In this document: in pieces, positions 11,880 to 22,930 of the stretch
Position numbering within the stretch: the stretch's first letter is position 1
Layout of the letters: each line of letters begins with the position of its first letter
NCBI GenBank assembly: GCA_964252035.1
Contig: OZ176206.1
Length of the DNA stretch: 64,000 nt
Direction: 5' to 3' (one strand)
Source: Podarcis erhardii
Taxonomy: Eukaryota
Program-made: the position numbers and the translations under genes
The notes under the pieces: model-generated
The model's database searches: none
What the model was told of the DNA's origin: nothing
The model's input: the letters and a program-made list of their open reading frames with translations, nothing else

Positions 11880-13564
11880 GTACCGTACAGATTGCTATCC
11901 CTTTTGTTTCGCTTCTTTTGCTACTTATTGTAGAATAGAGATAGAAAGAGTGGGTTTGGCTATTCTCTTCTCAATGGTCTCTTGTCAGTACTTTAACCAT
12001 CTCAGCTGAAAATGTTGCAGACAGGGAAGGGTTGTACATTAACCTAAGTATTCTGCAGAGCCAGGGCAAACAGACAGACATCAGGTCTGCAAGGTCTATT
12101 GGAAGCCTAAGATCCATCGAGAGAGGGCCAGGTGCTGAAATGCTGGCTTCAAGCAGGGTGGGAATTAGAGAGGAAACACATTTAGAAATGAATTTTAAAA
12201 GAAAATAGATTGAAAATACAAATTTAAATACAAATTTCTGTGAGGGCTTAAAAACATATTGATAGATGAAGGATTGGAGAGACATACGAGTGAGTAGATG
12301 CAAAAGTGTCATAAACTAGAAATAGACAGAGGCTACCACATCTGTTGCTCATGCTGGTAGCTCAAGGGTACCAACATGAATAAAATTTGGGGGGAGGTAA
12401 GCCCCACCCCACATATTTGATCACAAGACATGGTGCACACACATCATTTGAAGGGCAATGCCCATCAACTTTGGGGGTGCTCAGCCCCCTCAAATAATTT
12501 ATTGGGGGACCAGAAGGACCTCTGCCCCTAGGAATTGGCTCCTATGTGCTGGTTGGAGCAGAAGCTGGGAAGCTTGCAAATCTCTGCACCAACCTAGAGT
12601 TGGCACAGGAGTTGGGCCCAAATTGGGTCTAGTTGCTGTCATGGGGTGGTAGTCGGTCTGCCTTGAGTTCCCAGCAGATCCCGGGCCTGCTGTGCCCCTC
12701 TGTCCCCAGATCCTGATGTCCCATACATTACAGGCAGAATAGTAAGCAACATGCTGGCGGAGTGACATTGGACAGAGGCTGGCAGAAGCTGGGGGAGCTC
12801 AGTGAAGGGACACCTCCATCCAATCCAACTACCCCCAAGCCAGCACAAAGGAGCTTGTATTGTGGTGTGATTCACTCCATGTGAAACATGGTTTACTGAA
12901 CTCTCCTTGGCCTCTCCTTCCACTGTTTACTGGATCTTTCCCATTACCTTCTTTCACGTAAATCTCCAGCACAATACAACTGTAAAAAAAATCAGTTTAT
13001 GATGTGGACGGTGAAAACCACCATGTTGAGTCATTTCATGGCCACCTGAGAGTATCCAGAAAGAGACCAGGGCAACTTTGTTTCTCTACCAACCTCATGT
13101 CAGCAAATAAACTTGCCATCCTCAGCCAATCTGCGTAATGGTTGATAATCCAAATATTATTTAAATCTTATCTCAAGATAAACATTATGTCATCTGGTAA
13201 AGCTTTGGGGTTAGCCTATAAATTTAAAAGCTTTGCCCTCCCTGCTGCCACCTAACTTCTACAAGGAACGGTGGCATTGGTGGGAAACACCTTATAGACC
13301 AAGTCTCTTTATAGCGATCAAATAAATTCAACTTGTCAACCTTTCCTCTCCCAGCATAAACTGTTAGCAGAAGTCTAGGACTCTTTGTAAAAATATTTCT
13401 CCTGTATATACAACAATGGAGATTGAACATTCTAGACTTTGTTTTGTAAAGAGCTGATACAAAAGAGTGATGTGTTGGAATGGACATGTTAACAATATCA
13501 ACTTTGGGGTACAAAGGTTGAATGTGGTTCTTGGGTCAAAAGAGGAGATAAAGGACCCCTGGAC

Positions 13565-13848
13565 AGTCAAGTTCAGTCAAAGGTGACTATGGGGTTGTGG
13601 CACTCATCTCACTTTCAGGCCGAGGGCATTTGTCCACAGACAGCTTTCTGGGTAATGTGGCCAGCATGACTAAACCGCTTCTGGCACAGCAGGTCACAGC
13701 AGGAAACCAGAGCACACAGAAATGCCGTTTACATTCCCGCCACAGCAGTACCTATTTATCTATTTGCACTGGTATGCTTTCGAACTGCTAGATTGACCTT
13801 CTGATCAGCAAGCCCAATGGGCTCAGTGGTTTAGACCACAGTGCCCAA
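13565..13848 (-). mobile_element. Sauria SINE with internal deletion
   Basis: Reverse homology to 930-1277. Confidence 0.8.
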
Positions 13849-15204
13849 TAAGTAATAGCCTCCCAATATATTTTTGATCCAATTCTACTCTTCATTTTGC
13901 TGATCTTATTCATGACGTGAAACAGACTCTGGTTTTGTTGTCTTCTCAATACACTTCTTTTGTAGCAGGGATGTATCAGTTTGGTACCTTCTCTATATTG
14001 GGCCAATGCCCCATTCGATCCATCACCCTGCTCTCACTGTGGCCAATCAAGTGCCCTAATGGGAAGCCCAAAAGCAGGACCTGAATGCAACAGTACTCTG
14101 AGCACTTGTGATTCCCAGCAATTGACTTTCAGAGGCATACTGCCACCATCGATGGAGGGAGAACCTTGCCATCATGGCTGGTAGCCATTGGAGACACATT
14201 GAAACAGTGGTATTCAACCTTAAAGTATGAAAGTATTGAAACAAATGTAGTAATAATAATACCCAGATGTGATATTATGGCTATTTGTGCAGTGCTTGTA
14301 CAGTTCCTTCATACTATTCCCCACCCCCTGCACCCCCTGCCAAATTCTAGTGGATTTACTCTTGGACCATCTCACTGAGATTTAAGGCAAAGAAGGAGCA
14401 TGGCGAGAGAGGACTGGAATAATCCCCCTTTGCCCCATCAGAATGTCTCCCTTTAAGGCTTCCAAGTTCCTTTCCTGTTTGTCTTTCGTATGTTTGCTTC
14501 ATATTTCCCGGCTTATCTATCACACTGTATTCAAATACAAGAGAGCTTAGGTTTTAAAAGCTTAGATGTCCTTCAATAAATCTCTGTTCATTTATGGAAC
14601 AAAACAGAATGACCTGAGTTCATAACAGTGGAGTTTCTTTGGCTGTGCCGGTTATCTCATCCAAAACATTTCTTGTGTTTCTAAAAAATGAGGGATGGAA
14701 CATGATGGCAGAAAAGGGAAGCTTGAGCCACATAAAAGGTGCTGGTCTGGGATGTGTTTTTGTCAAAGAAAGCCTATTTGGAAATGTTTTGAAACATACA
14801 AATTGATGGTTGCTGAAAGTAAGCCTGGCTCCAGTTTAGAATTCAGAGGTGTACCTGCAACAGCTCAAGTTGGCAGATGCACCGGTGCTGCAATTTGGGA
14901 AGCAGGAGCTGTACTTCCTGAAAAAGAAGTAGCTGAAGAATAGTGTTGGGGACAGTGGAGTCAGCACTTAAAGCAGAAGTGGAGACCCTTTGTCGGCCCT
15001 TATGGATAATCTCCTTAGAGCTGCTCTTAACTGAGAAAATGTGTCGGAGGTGATTTTGAATTGAAAATCATGAGCAGGGGGAAGACCCACCACCAACAAT
15101 GAGAAAATCTGTCCATTACAGTTTCTCATTTTCCCAAAATGAAATTCCATTGTCCACATTTCCACATCAATTTGCTCCCCCCCCCTAAAATCCTTAGATC
15201 CTTA

Positions 15205-15441
15205 GAGAGCCAGTGTGGTGTAGTGGTTAAGAGCGGTGGACTCGTAATCTAAGGAATCGGGTTTGCATCTCCGCTCCTCCACATGCAGCTGCTGGGTGAC
15301 CTTGGGCCAGTCACACTTCTCTGAAGTCTCACAGCCCCACTCACCTCACAGGGTGTTTGTTGTGGGGGAGGAAGGGAAAGGAGAATGTTAGCCGCTTTGA
15401 GACTCCTAAGGGTAGTGATAAAGCGGGATATCAAATCCAAA
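15205..15441 (+). mobile_element. tRNA-derived SINE (Squam1-like) with L2-type tail
   Basis: A/B-box-like head ccagtgtggtgtagtggttaagagc...gggtttgcatctcc, core gggtgaccttgggccagtcac, tail ccgctttgagactcc...aaagcgggatatc. Confidence 0.75.
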
Positions 15442-16644
15442 CAATTTTCCCTTGATATACACATTTCTGCAAAGTAATTTCCCCTAATAAAATGCAATTT
15501 TGTATGTTATTGTCATTAGCATGTATTTTTATGCTCATTTCTTACCAGCTAATGCATTTTTTGTGCACTCGGTTGGAGAACTGTATTGCAAAATTCAGAT
15601 AAATGTGAATTTTGAAGGATGGCTATGTTTGCGGATTGTTTTAGAAAGTGTGAATCTGGTTGATTCCCCTTTAAGTGCAAACCATAAGTATAAATCTCTA
15701 CCACACAAACCACATGCTTTAAATAAAGGGGGTGACAAAAAGCTCCCAGCATAGAGCAAAAGAACAAACTCCACTCATACGCATTTAATATTTTATTTTA
15801 TTTAAGTGGATACGGGTCAAGTAAGTTTTACTCAGAGTAGACCGATTGACATTAATGAACATTAAGTTAGGCCCATTTGTTTTAGTTGGTCTGCTCTGAG
15901 TAAAACTTAGTTTAACACCACCCAGTATTTTTATACAGCCTTGCAGGGCAAGAAACCCTGTCAAATGAAATCCTGCAACAATAAGAACATGATATGCAAT
16001 TAACTAACCGAGCGGCATGAAAACATTTCATTTCAATAAGAAAGATCAAGTAAATAGAATAGATGTTTCTTTCTTTTGAATAAATAAGCAAAAATACCAC
16101 AAAATAATCTATAGGAATTATCCACTGGAAATCAGAAAGAAAACCAGAGCAGGATGTTGGTTACAGCCAGTCTGGTGGAAACTTACAAATCAGAACTGGG
16201 AAATCCACCCCAACCCTCTGCCTCATTCAATTATGCTTGATTCAAAAGTGATCTGTTGCATTCTTCACAGTGACTTCTTTTGATTTGCTGCTTGAGTTGT
16301 AGATATGAATTTTAAAAATCACTCCTACAATGTTTAGCACTAACACTGCGTGTTCAGATTAAAAAATAAAATAAAACCAGACAACAACACAGCAACTCAA
16401 AAATTAAAAAGACCATTTTCCACTGAGAGTGTCAGGGCTCTCAGAATCCAATCCACACTTTTGAGGAAGCAAGTCCCATTTAACTTGGAGGCCTTAACGT
16501 TTGAGTAACCAACTTTGTCTGCTAGCAATTTGGCCTTTACTCAAGAGACATGTTGTTTCTCAAGTTGTAGATCCAGGCTGGAGTTGGATTTTTTAAGTCA
16601 GGGCAAATCCCATTGCCCCTTGTGTCACTTCACAATCTCTAAAT

Positions 16645-16780
16645 CAGGCTTCTTCAACCTCGGCCCTCCAGATGTTTTGAGACTACAATTCCCATCATCC
16701 CTGACCACTGGTCCTGCTAGCTAGGGATCATGGGAGTTGTAGGCCAAAAACATCTGGAGGGCCAAGGTTAAGGAAGCCTG
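16645..16780. mobile_element. 136-bp hairpin hAT (Charlie-like) MITE with 8-bp TSD
   Basis: TSD CTCTAAAT at 16637-16644 and 16781-16788; TIRs CAGGCTTC...GAAGCCTG. Degraded relatives near 6565, 33505, 34650, 35750, 37000, 55530 and 59880. Confidence 0.88.
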
Positions 16781-17444
16781 CTCTAAATCATTGAGCAGCA
16801 GTACCTCCTTCTGATTGTCTGCAGTTGGGAGAACCCAAGAGCAGGAAATAGTAGTCGGTGGCTTCCTCTTGTGGAGAGTTGTCCTGCTGGCTCAGCAAAT
16901 AAGGCACATGACACACTGGGTAGCTAAAAGTTACTCATTCAATACCCCCTTGTGCCTTCAGTCACAAATTTTGTAGATCTATATTTTTTTCCTTGCCTAA
17001 AACCAGCCGACAGATATTGAATAACTGAAAACACTAGATGGGAAGCGGTTCAGCCTGAGCTAATGAAAACATATATAGCATGTCGCATACATGCGTGCTG
17101 TTATTGGTGATTCAAAAGGGAAATTTCCAAGCCAGCTCCAAATTATCTTTGAACAGAATGGTGTGAATGATGGATGAGGTAAGGAAGTCAAGCAAGGACG
17201 TTTATGGCTTGTGCATCACACAGACACACTGTGCCATAAATCAAATTGCAAAAGTGAGGGGCAGCTACCTGATGATGCAAACCTGGCAGAGCCCTTGGAG
17301 AGTATCAGTTGGACCTCACTAGATAAACAAAGGCATATGTGACATCTCCCCCTGCCCCTTTCCACTGCATGGAATGCTGCCGCCGCCAAGTGTAGGTGCT
17401 CAGTTTCCATTTATAGCTGCGTAACCAAAACGACTTTCTCCCCA

Positions 17445-17830
17445 ACCCTTTTGGGAGTGCACCTGATTTGCAAACAGAAGGTCCCAGGTTTAATCCCCAA
17501 CTTCTCCTGATAGAAGTAGAGAAATCTTGCCAGTCAGCATAGGACCAATGGCCTGGTCCCATATAAGCAGGTTCCTGTGTTCCTTATGTTGTGTGGAGTA
17601 CTTTCATTCTTTTGTACAAACAAAAGGAGCAGTTGACTGAGCCCTCGGAAACATGGGAAGCTGCTTTATACTGAGTCAGATCATTGGTCCAAATATCTCA
17701 GTATTGTCTACACTGACTGGCAGCAGCTCTCCAGGATTTTCAGGCAGGAGTCTCTCTCATCCCTACTTGGAGGTGCCAGGGACTGAACCTGGGACCATGT
17801 GCAGATGCTCCACCAGTGAGCTCTTTAGTC
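17445..17830. mobile_element. Two Squam3-type SINE copies in opposite orientation (about 17445-17585 +, 17650-17830 -)
   Basis: cagaaggtcccaggtttaatcccc...cctgtgttcct followed by its reverse (ggaaacatgggaagctgctttatactgagtcaga...gaacctgggacc). Confidence 0.7.
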
Positions 17831-18336
17831 CTACCCAACAAAGTTGCCACCTTAATCCCATGATCAGATGTAGGAAGCTGTCTTATACTGAGTTAAACCA
17901 TTGGTCCATCTGGCTCATCTAGAATGGGTAAGAAGTATTTAAAATAAAGAAACAGAAAGTTTGCCGATTGTCTTTCATTGAAAATGCTTTTAAATCCACA
18001 TTCTACTCCAGGGATGGGAAATCCGTGTCTGTTCAGGAGATGTTGGACCAGCTTCCCTCAGCCTCAGGAAGAATGAACAATGGTCAACAACCTCTCGAGG
18101 GTCATAGGTTCCCATTCCTGTTCTACACAATACTCACATTCTTCTACTCCTTAAAAAAAACCAACTCTTTACATTTGAAGGAACTCCAACATGTTTATTC
18201 TAAAATAATAGAATAAATAATAAAATAATAAAATAATAGACCATGCATCTTATGGTCTAGTAGCTTAAGATACCACCACAATAAATACAATGAAATTTGA
18301 ATTTGCTCCAGAACCCTTGTTTTGTGCTTTCTGCAG

Positions 18337-18492
18337 GGGACAGTACTGTTCGATGCGAACAACTGGATCTGCTTCAGGATTGGCTGGCTGATTTCAGAAA
18401 ATCTACCTCCTCCTCCAGCACAGCCAATCCAGAGGAGCTGGTGGCATTTGATGTACTCTGTGGAGATCTCAACTTTGACAATTGTTCATCAG
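18337..18492 (+). CDS. SMPD3: SMPD3 coding exon, GDSTVRCEQLDLLQDWLADFRKSTSSSSTANPEELVAFDVLCGDLNFDNCSS (156 bp)
   Basis: ctgcag|GG acceptor, CAG|gtgaga donor. Contains the GDxNxD metal-binding motif of EEP-fold sphingomyelinases. Phase 1/1. Confidence 0.97.
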
Positions 18493-20309
18493 GTGAGACG
18501 GCCACTTATTTGCTTGATGTATTTTAAGCTGCTAAGCCCTAGGCTCGGTGCACAGCACAACAGTGCTGGTTACACTGCCCTAAATCCACCTCTGCCCGTG
18601 GTGGTTGGTGTCCATTGGGACTGGTGGGGCAAAGGACAGAGAAATACAGTAAAGATAAATCCAGAGCCAGTGGCAGGCAGAGGAATTTTACTTTTACCCC
18701 TATCCTCCTCCCTGCTAAAGACAACACTGAGATTAAGGAGAGCAAAGCTGGCAGCTAGTGTCACCCCCTGGACTGTAAGAAGGCAGACAGGGTTAGGCTG
18801 GCTGGTGATAGACCAAGGTTGGTGGGGCAGTGCCCCATTCATCCTAATGGACCAGCCTTCATTGGCCAACACTGTGTTGTGCCTGGAACCCCACTGGTCC
18901 TTACCCTCCTCTTCTTCATCACCATCCTTTTTTCCTAATAATTCCCTGCTCTCCTTCCTAGTGTGAAGTTCATGACAATGTACTGGGATAAACAAGGGTG
19001 AAGTAGAGTTATAATGAATCACTGGAGAAAGCGATGCTTTTTAATAAATGGGGTTAATTTATTAAAATAAACAGAGAGATAATGTGAAATGATGCTGATT
19101 TATTGCTGCTCATTCTGTTCTTCAGTTTGCTTTTAATTTAGTTGTGCTGCGTTTTTTCTTTGTGAACCACCTTCCACTTGACTTTATCATAGAAAGACAG
19201 ACATAAATGGCCAAATCAATAAACAGAAGCTAGGCTACTGCAAGGACTGGGCAGGCCTTTTAAAATTCACCATGCTCTTTGCAGGCAGCAAAATGGGGAG
19301 TGTGTGGATTTCACTGGATATCCAAAGGGTGAAATTCTCCAAATGTTTTCCTAGAAATCTCTTTTTGGAGAAATTTTTAGCTTACTGAGATTTACAAAGA
19401 TTCGCATCAGTGTAGCTGGTAATAGAGATGGAGAGAAATTTGATTCCGTTCTCATTTCATGGCCAACTTGCCACATTTGCTGTTTCCAAGGCAAGATGAG
19501 AACAAAATTGGATGATGTGAAAATTTTGAAGGAGTGCTGTGTTTCAGCTCACATATTGTTTTGGAAAGTGCAAATTTCCTTTAAACGTGAACTGAACAAA
19601 AAATCTCCCCCATCCCTAGAAGCCATTTATAGCCTCTGGTATCATTGCTAGCAGCCCTGATGGACAACAGAGGCGCCAGCTTATCCATATTTTTTAGGTG
19701 GCCCAACATAATGTTGCAAGGAGCCAGAGGGCAAAGCCAAATGTCCTCTGAGCATTGAGGGGGCCAGGCCCCCTAAAAAAAAAAAAATACATTCAGGGGA
19801 CCAAGACTGCCTCAGCCCTTAGGAGTCAGTGCCTGTGATGGACCTATGAAATGGGCAATAATAAACTGGCATGAGACTGAAAGAGCTACTTTTTGGCAAC
19901 CTTTTTTTTTTGGCCCCACCCTTAGATACCTGGATGCAAATCAGGTCACTGCTCTATAAAGTAAGATGCAGAAGTGTGAACCCTGGCCAGATGATCTGAT
20001 CGGCATAACCTTCAAAGCACTGTTTTATTTTTAGCAGTTTGGCTTCTTTCTTCTTTTCCTTACCGCTTTTTAAAAGCCTCGCATTTATGGATTGTGTTGC
20101 CTTGACAATAGACAGTGACAAATGACATCATTAGTGCCGGTGGCAGCCACTTGTGGGATTCCCCCAGGAGAAGCAAAAAGAAATTCTTTTTTCTTTTCTT
20201 TCAGGAGAGTTGCAGAAAAATGATTAAGAGGCATCATAGGTTTCAGGTGTTTGCACAGGGTTAGCTCTAAAGCAGAATGGAATGAAAAAGTTTAACTGCA
20301 TAAACCTCT

Positions 20310-20680
20310 CCCCATATGAGCTGACCTGGACCCTACAATCATCGTCTGAGGCCCTTCTTCATGTGCCTCCTCCGCGAGAGGTCCAGAGGGCGGCAACATG
20401 AGAACGGGCCTTTTTTGCAGTAGCTCATCATTTGTGGAATGCTCTGGCACCTTCACCACATATCTTTAGGTGCCAGGCAAAAACATTCCTTTCCCCCCAG
20501 GCCTCTAGCTAGTTAACCAATCTATGGCCTTTTAATCAGGGACTTGTGTGTGTGTTTGTATGTATGTGTGTGTATTGTTTTCATTGTATGTATTTTTGTG
20601 TTTTTATATTGGAAACTGCCCTGTGATCTTTAGATGAAAGACGGTATAGAAATTTAATAATGAATAAATAATAAACAATT
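20310..20680 (+). mobile_element. L2 LINE 3' end
   Basis: gaggcccttcttcatgtgcc...gagaacgggcc...ccaggcaaaaac...gatgaaagacggtatagaaatttaataatgaataaata tail. Confidence 0.8.
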
Positions 20681-21065
20681 GCCCAAAACTTAACAAGACA
20701 ATTTTAATGCCTTCAAATGGCATTTCCAAATAATTCCTCCTCCCCAGCAAACTGCAGCAATAAAATAGAAAATTCACCATATTTGACTGCTTGAATTAGA
20801 TGCCTGCCTTAGCCAATCTAAAAATCAGTCCAACCCCAAGGAATAATTGACAGGTCTAGAGAGATCTACATGGGAGTAAGGAAGAGGAAAAGAAAAGTGT
20901 ATAGTGTGGGCTTTATCCATTGCTAGTCATACTTGGAGTAGACCTAGTGCAGGTCCATTAATTTCAATGGGCTTACTCTGCATAAAACTTAGTTGGATAC
21001 AACTCTTCCATGTTTTAATGAATTGCTTAGAGGCTGCCTTGGTATTAAGTGGCATGGAACTAAGT

Positions 21066-21358
21066 TAGGGTTGCCATATTTCAAAAAGCAAAAACCAGGA
21101 CACCCAAGCTTTTTTAAAGGAAACCACTGAAATTGTTGAGCTTTTTTAAAAGGAAATTCCCAAAATTGGTGAGGTTTTTTTAGGAAGACCAGAAAGTTGT
21201 TGAACTTTCTTTTAAACAAAAACACCCAACCCCCCCCAACCCCCAATTTTAGATTGACTTGCCTAAGATCCAGGACAAAATGCTGCAGTTCGGAAATTGC
21301 CCTTCCGCCTTTGAAATCCCAGTGATGTACAGGAAAATCCAGACATAGGGCAGCCCCA
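21066..21358. mobile_element. Older hAT-type MITE (TAGGGTTGCCA ends)
   Basis: tagggttgcca...ggcagcccca imperfect TIRs with ccaggaca subterminal motifs; no TSD recognisable. Confidence 0.55.
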
Positions 21359-21605
21359 AGTAAATGCAATGCAATATAAATCCAGGATGAGTGAGGAATG
21401 CCCACTGCGTGGCTTCTGGTTTCTCAAGCTGTGGCCTCTAGATTTTATTCCCTGACCATTGCCTGAGCTGGCTGGGGCTGCTGGGAGTTGCAATCCAGCA
21501 ACATCAGGAGGGCTGCAGGTTGCTCAACCCTGCCTCCCCCTGCCCTTGCCTTTCTTCGCATGCCACTGATGTCCTTATTCTTGGTCCTTTGTGTTCTCGC
21601 TACAG

Positions 21606-21695
21606 ATGACAAGCTGGAGCAGCAGCATTCCTTGTTTACGCGCTACAAGGACCCATGCCGGCTTGGTCCAGGGGAGGACAAATCATGGGCAATTG
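21606..21695 (+). CDS. SMPD3: SMPD3 coding exon, DDKLEQQHSLFTRYKDPCRLGPGEDKSWAIG (90 bp)
   Basis: ctacag|AT acceptor, TTG|gtaagg donor. Near-identical to the recalled human DDKLEQQHSLFTHYRDPCRLGPGEEKPWAIG. Confidence 0.97.
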
Positions 21696-22295
21696 GTAAG
21701 GGATGCTGCCATGGCCTTGGGCTTGGGTTGGGAGCAGTGCTTGGGGCGGGGAGCTCATTAATCTGTTCCATTTCACCCCCTCCAAAAAGGAATTAGTTCA
21801 TTTCCTCTGGAAAGGAAAGAATTTCCATTTCAGTTCAATTCACAACCCATTCACATAGTTCTCAGCGGTTTTTGTTTCAGCCTTCAGAATTTGACAAGCT
21901 GCTCTGCTGTTGTATAAAATATGCTTAAGAAGATTAAGAAAACATCAAAACACACACTCACGGTGTAACACGAATAATGGTTTTATTTATCTTCCCCAAC
22001 CATCATTGTATTTAATTTTAAAGAGCGGCATGACATTTCAGATGGAGAGGGGACTAAAGATGGTGGAAAAGAGCTGTGCACAGGGCTTGGCAGGTGCTGC
22101 CAACCAGCTGGCCCAGCTGCACCTTTACCTGCCTCAAAACCCCTCCTGGCCCAGCTGCACCTTTACCTGCCTCAAAACTGGCATCATATATGGAAGCAGC
22201 AACGCAACTCAGTACTGCATACAGACTCTGGTCTACATCCATTAGGGAGAAAGCCAAGGTTGATAGGAGACCCATGAGTTCCTTTCTCTTCCTAG

Positions 22296-22359
22296 GAACC
22301 TTGTTAGATCCAGAAGGACTATACGATGAAGAAGTGTGCACAGCAGATAACCTGCAGAA
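22296..22359 (+). CDS. SMPD3: SMPD3 coding exon, TLLDPEGLYDEEVCTADNLQK (64 bp)
   Basis: cctag|GA acceptor, GAA|gtaagt donor. Phase 1 in, phase 2 out. Confidence 0.96.
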
Positions 22360-22615
22360 GTAAGTACCGCCTTGTTTCTCTGCTTATACAATATAGTGGC
22401 TGCTTTTTAAATCTGCACCACCAATGAGTATTGCTTTTATATTTTGAATAGTGTTTTCAGTGGTGGTGGTGGGGAGGAGAAAGTGTCTCTTTCTTCGCTC
22501 TCACTCAGTAGGTTCCAGTACTCACCCTGAAGTTGTTACAGTAAGTGCCACACTTTTTAACAACAAAAAAAGAGGTGCTGGTACTGCGTACCCTTGAGTA
22601 CCCCCTGAAATAAAA

Positions 22616-22930
22616 GGCTTGCCGATCAGAAGGTCAGCAGTTCGAATCCCCGCAATGGGGTGAGCTCCCATTGCTTGGTCCCTGCTCCTGCCAACCTAGC
22701 TGTTTGAAAGCACGTCAAAGTGCAAGTAGATAAATAGGTACTGCTCTGGCAGGAAGGTAAACGGTGTTTCCGTGCGCTGCTCTGGTTTGCCAGAAGCAGC
22801 TTAGTCATGCTGGCCACATGACCCGGAAGCTGTACAATGGCTTCCTCGGCCAATAAAGCGAGATGAGCGTCGCAACCCCAAAGTCATCCATGACTGGACC
22901 TAATGGTCAGGGATCCCTTTACCTTTACCC
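22616..22930 (+). mobile_element. Sauria SINE, 5'-truncated
   Basis: gcttgccgatcagaagg...gtgcaagtagataaatagg...cctttacctttacc tail. Confidence 0.85.

Noticed and set aside
15205-15280. tRNA-like sequences here and at 930, 17445, 25697
   Set aside because: SINE heads with A/B boxes but no complete cloverleaf; followed by SINE bodies.
18322-19022. Long ORFs of 214 and 150 aa near an SMPD3 exon
   Set aside because: An off-frame read through the real exon plus intron, and an antisense ORF; neither is protein-like.
19658-19843. Possible hAT MITE flanked by TGATGGAC repeats
   Set aside because: The repeat is offset by 2 nt from the apparent TIR and the TIRs match poorly, so boundaries are unsupported.
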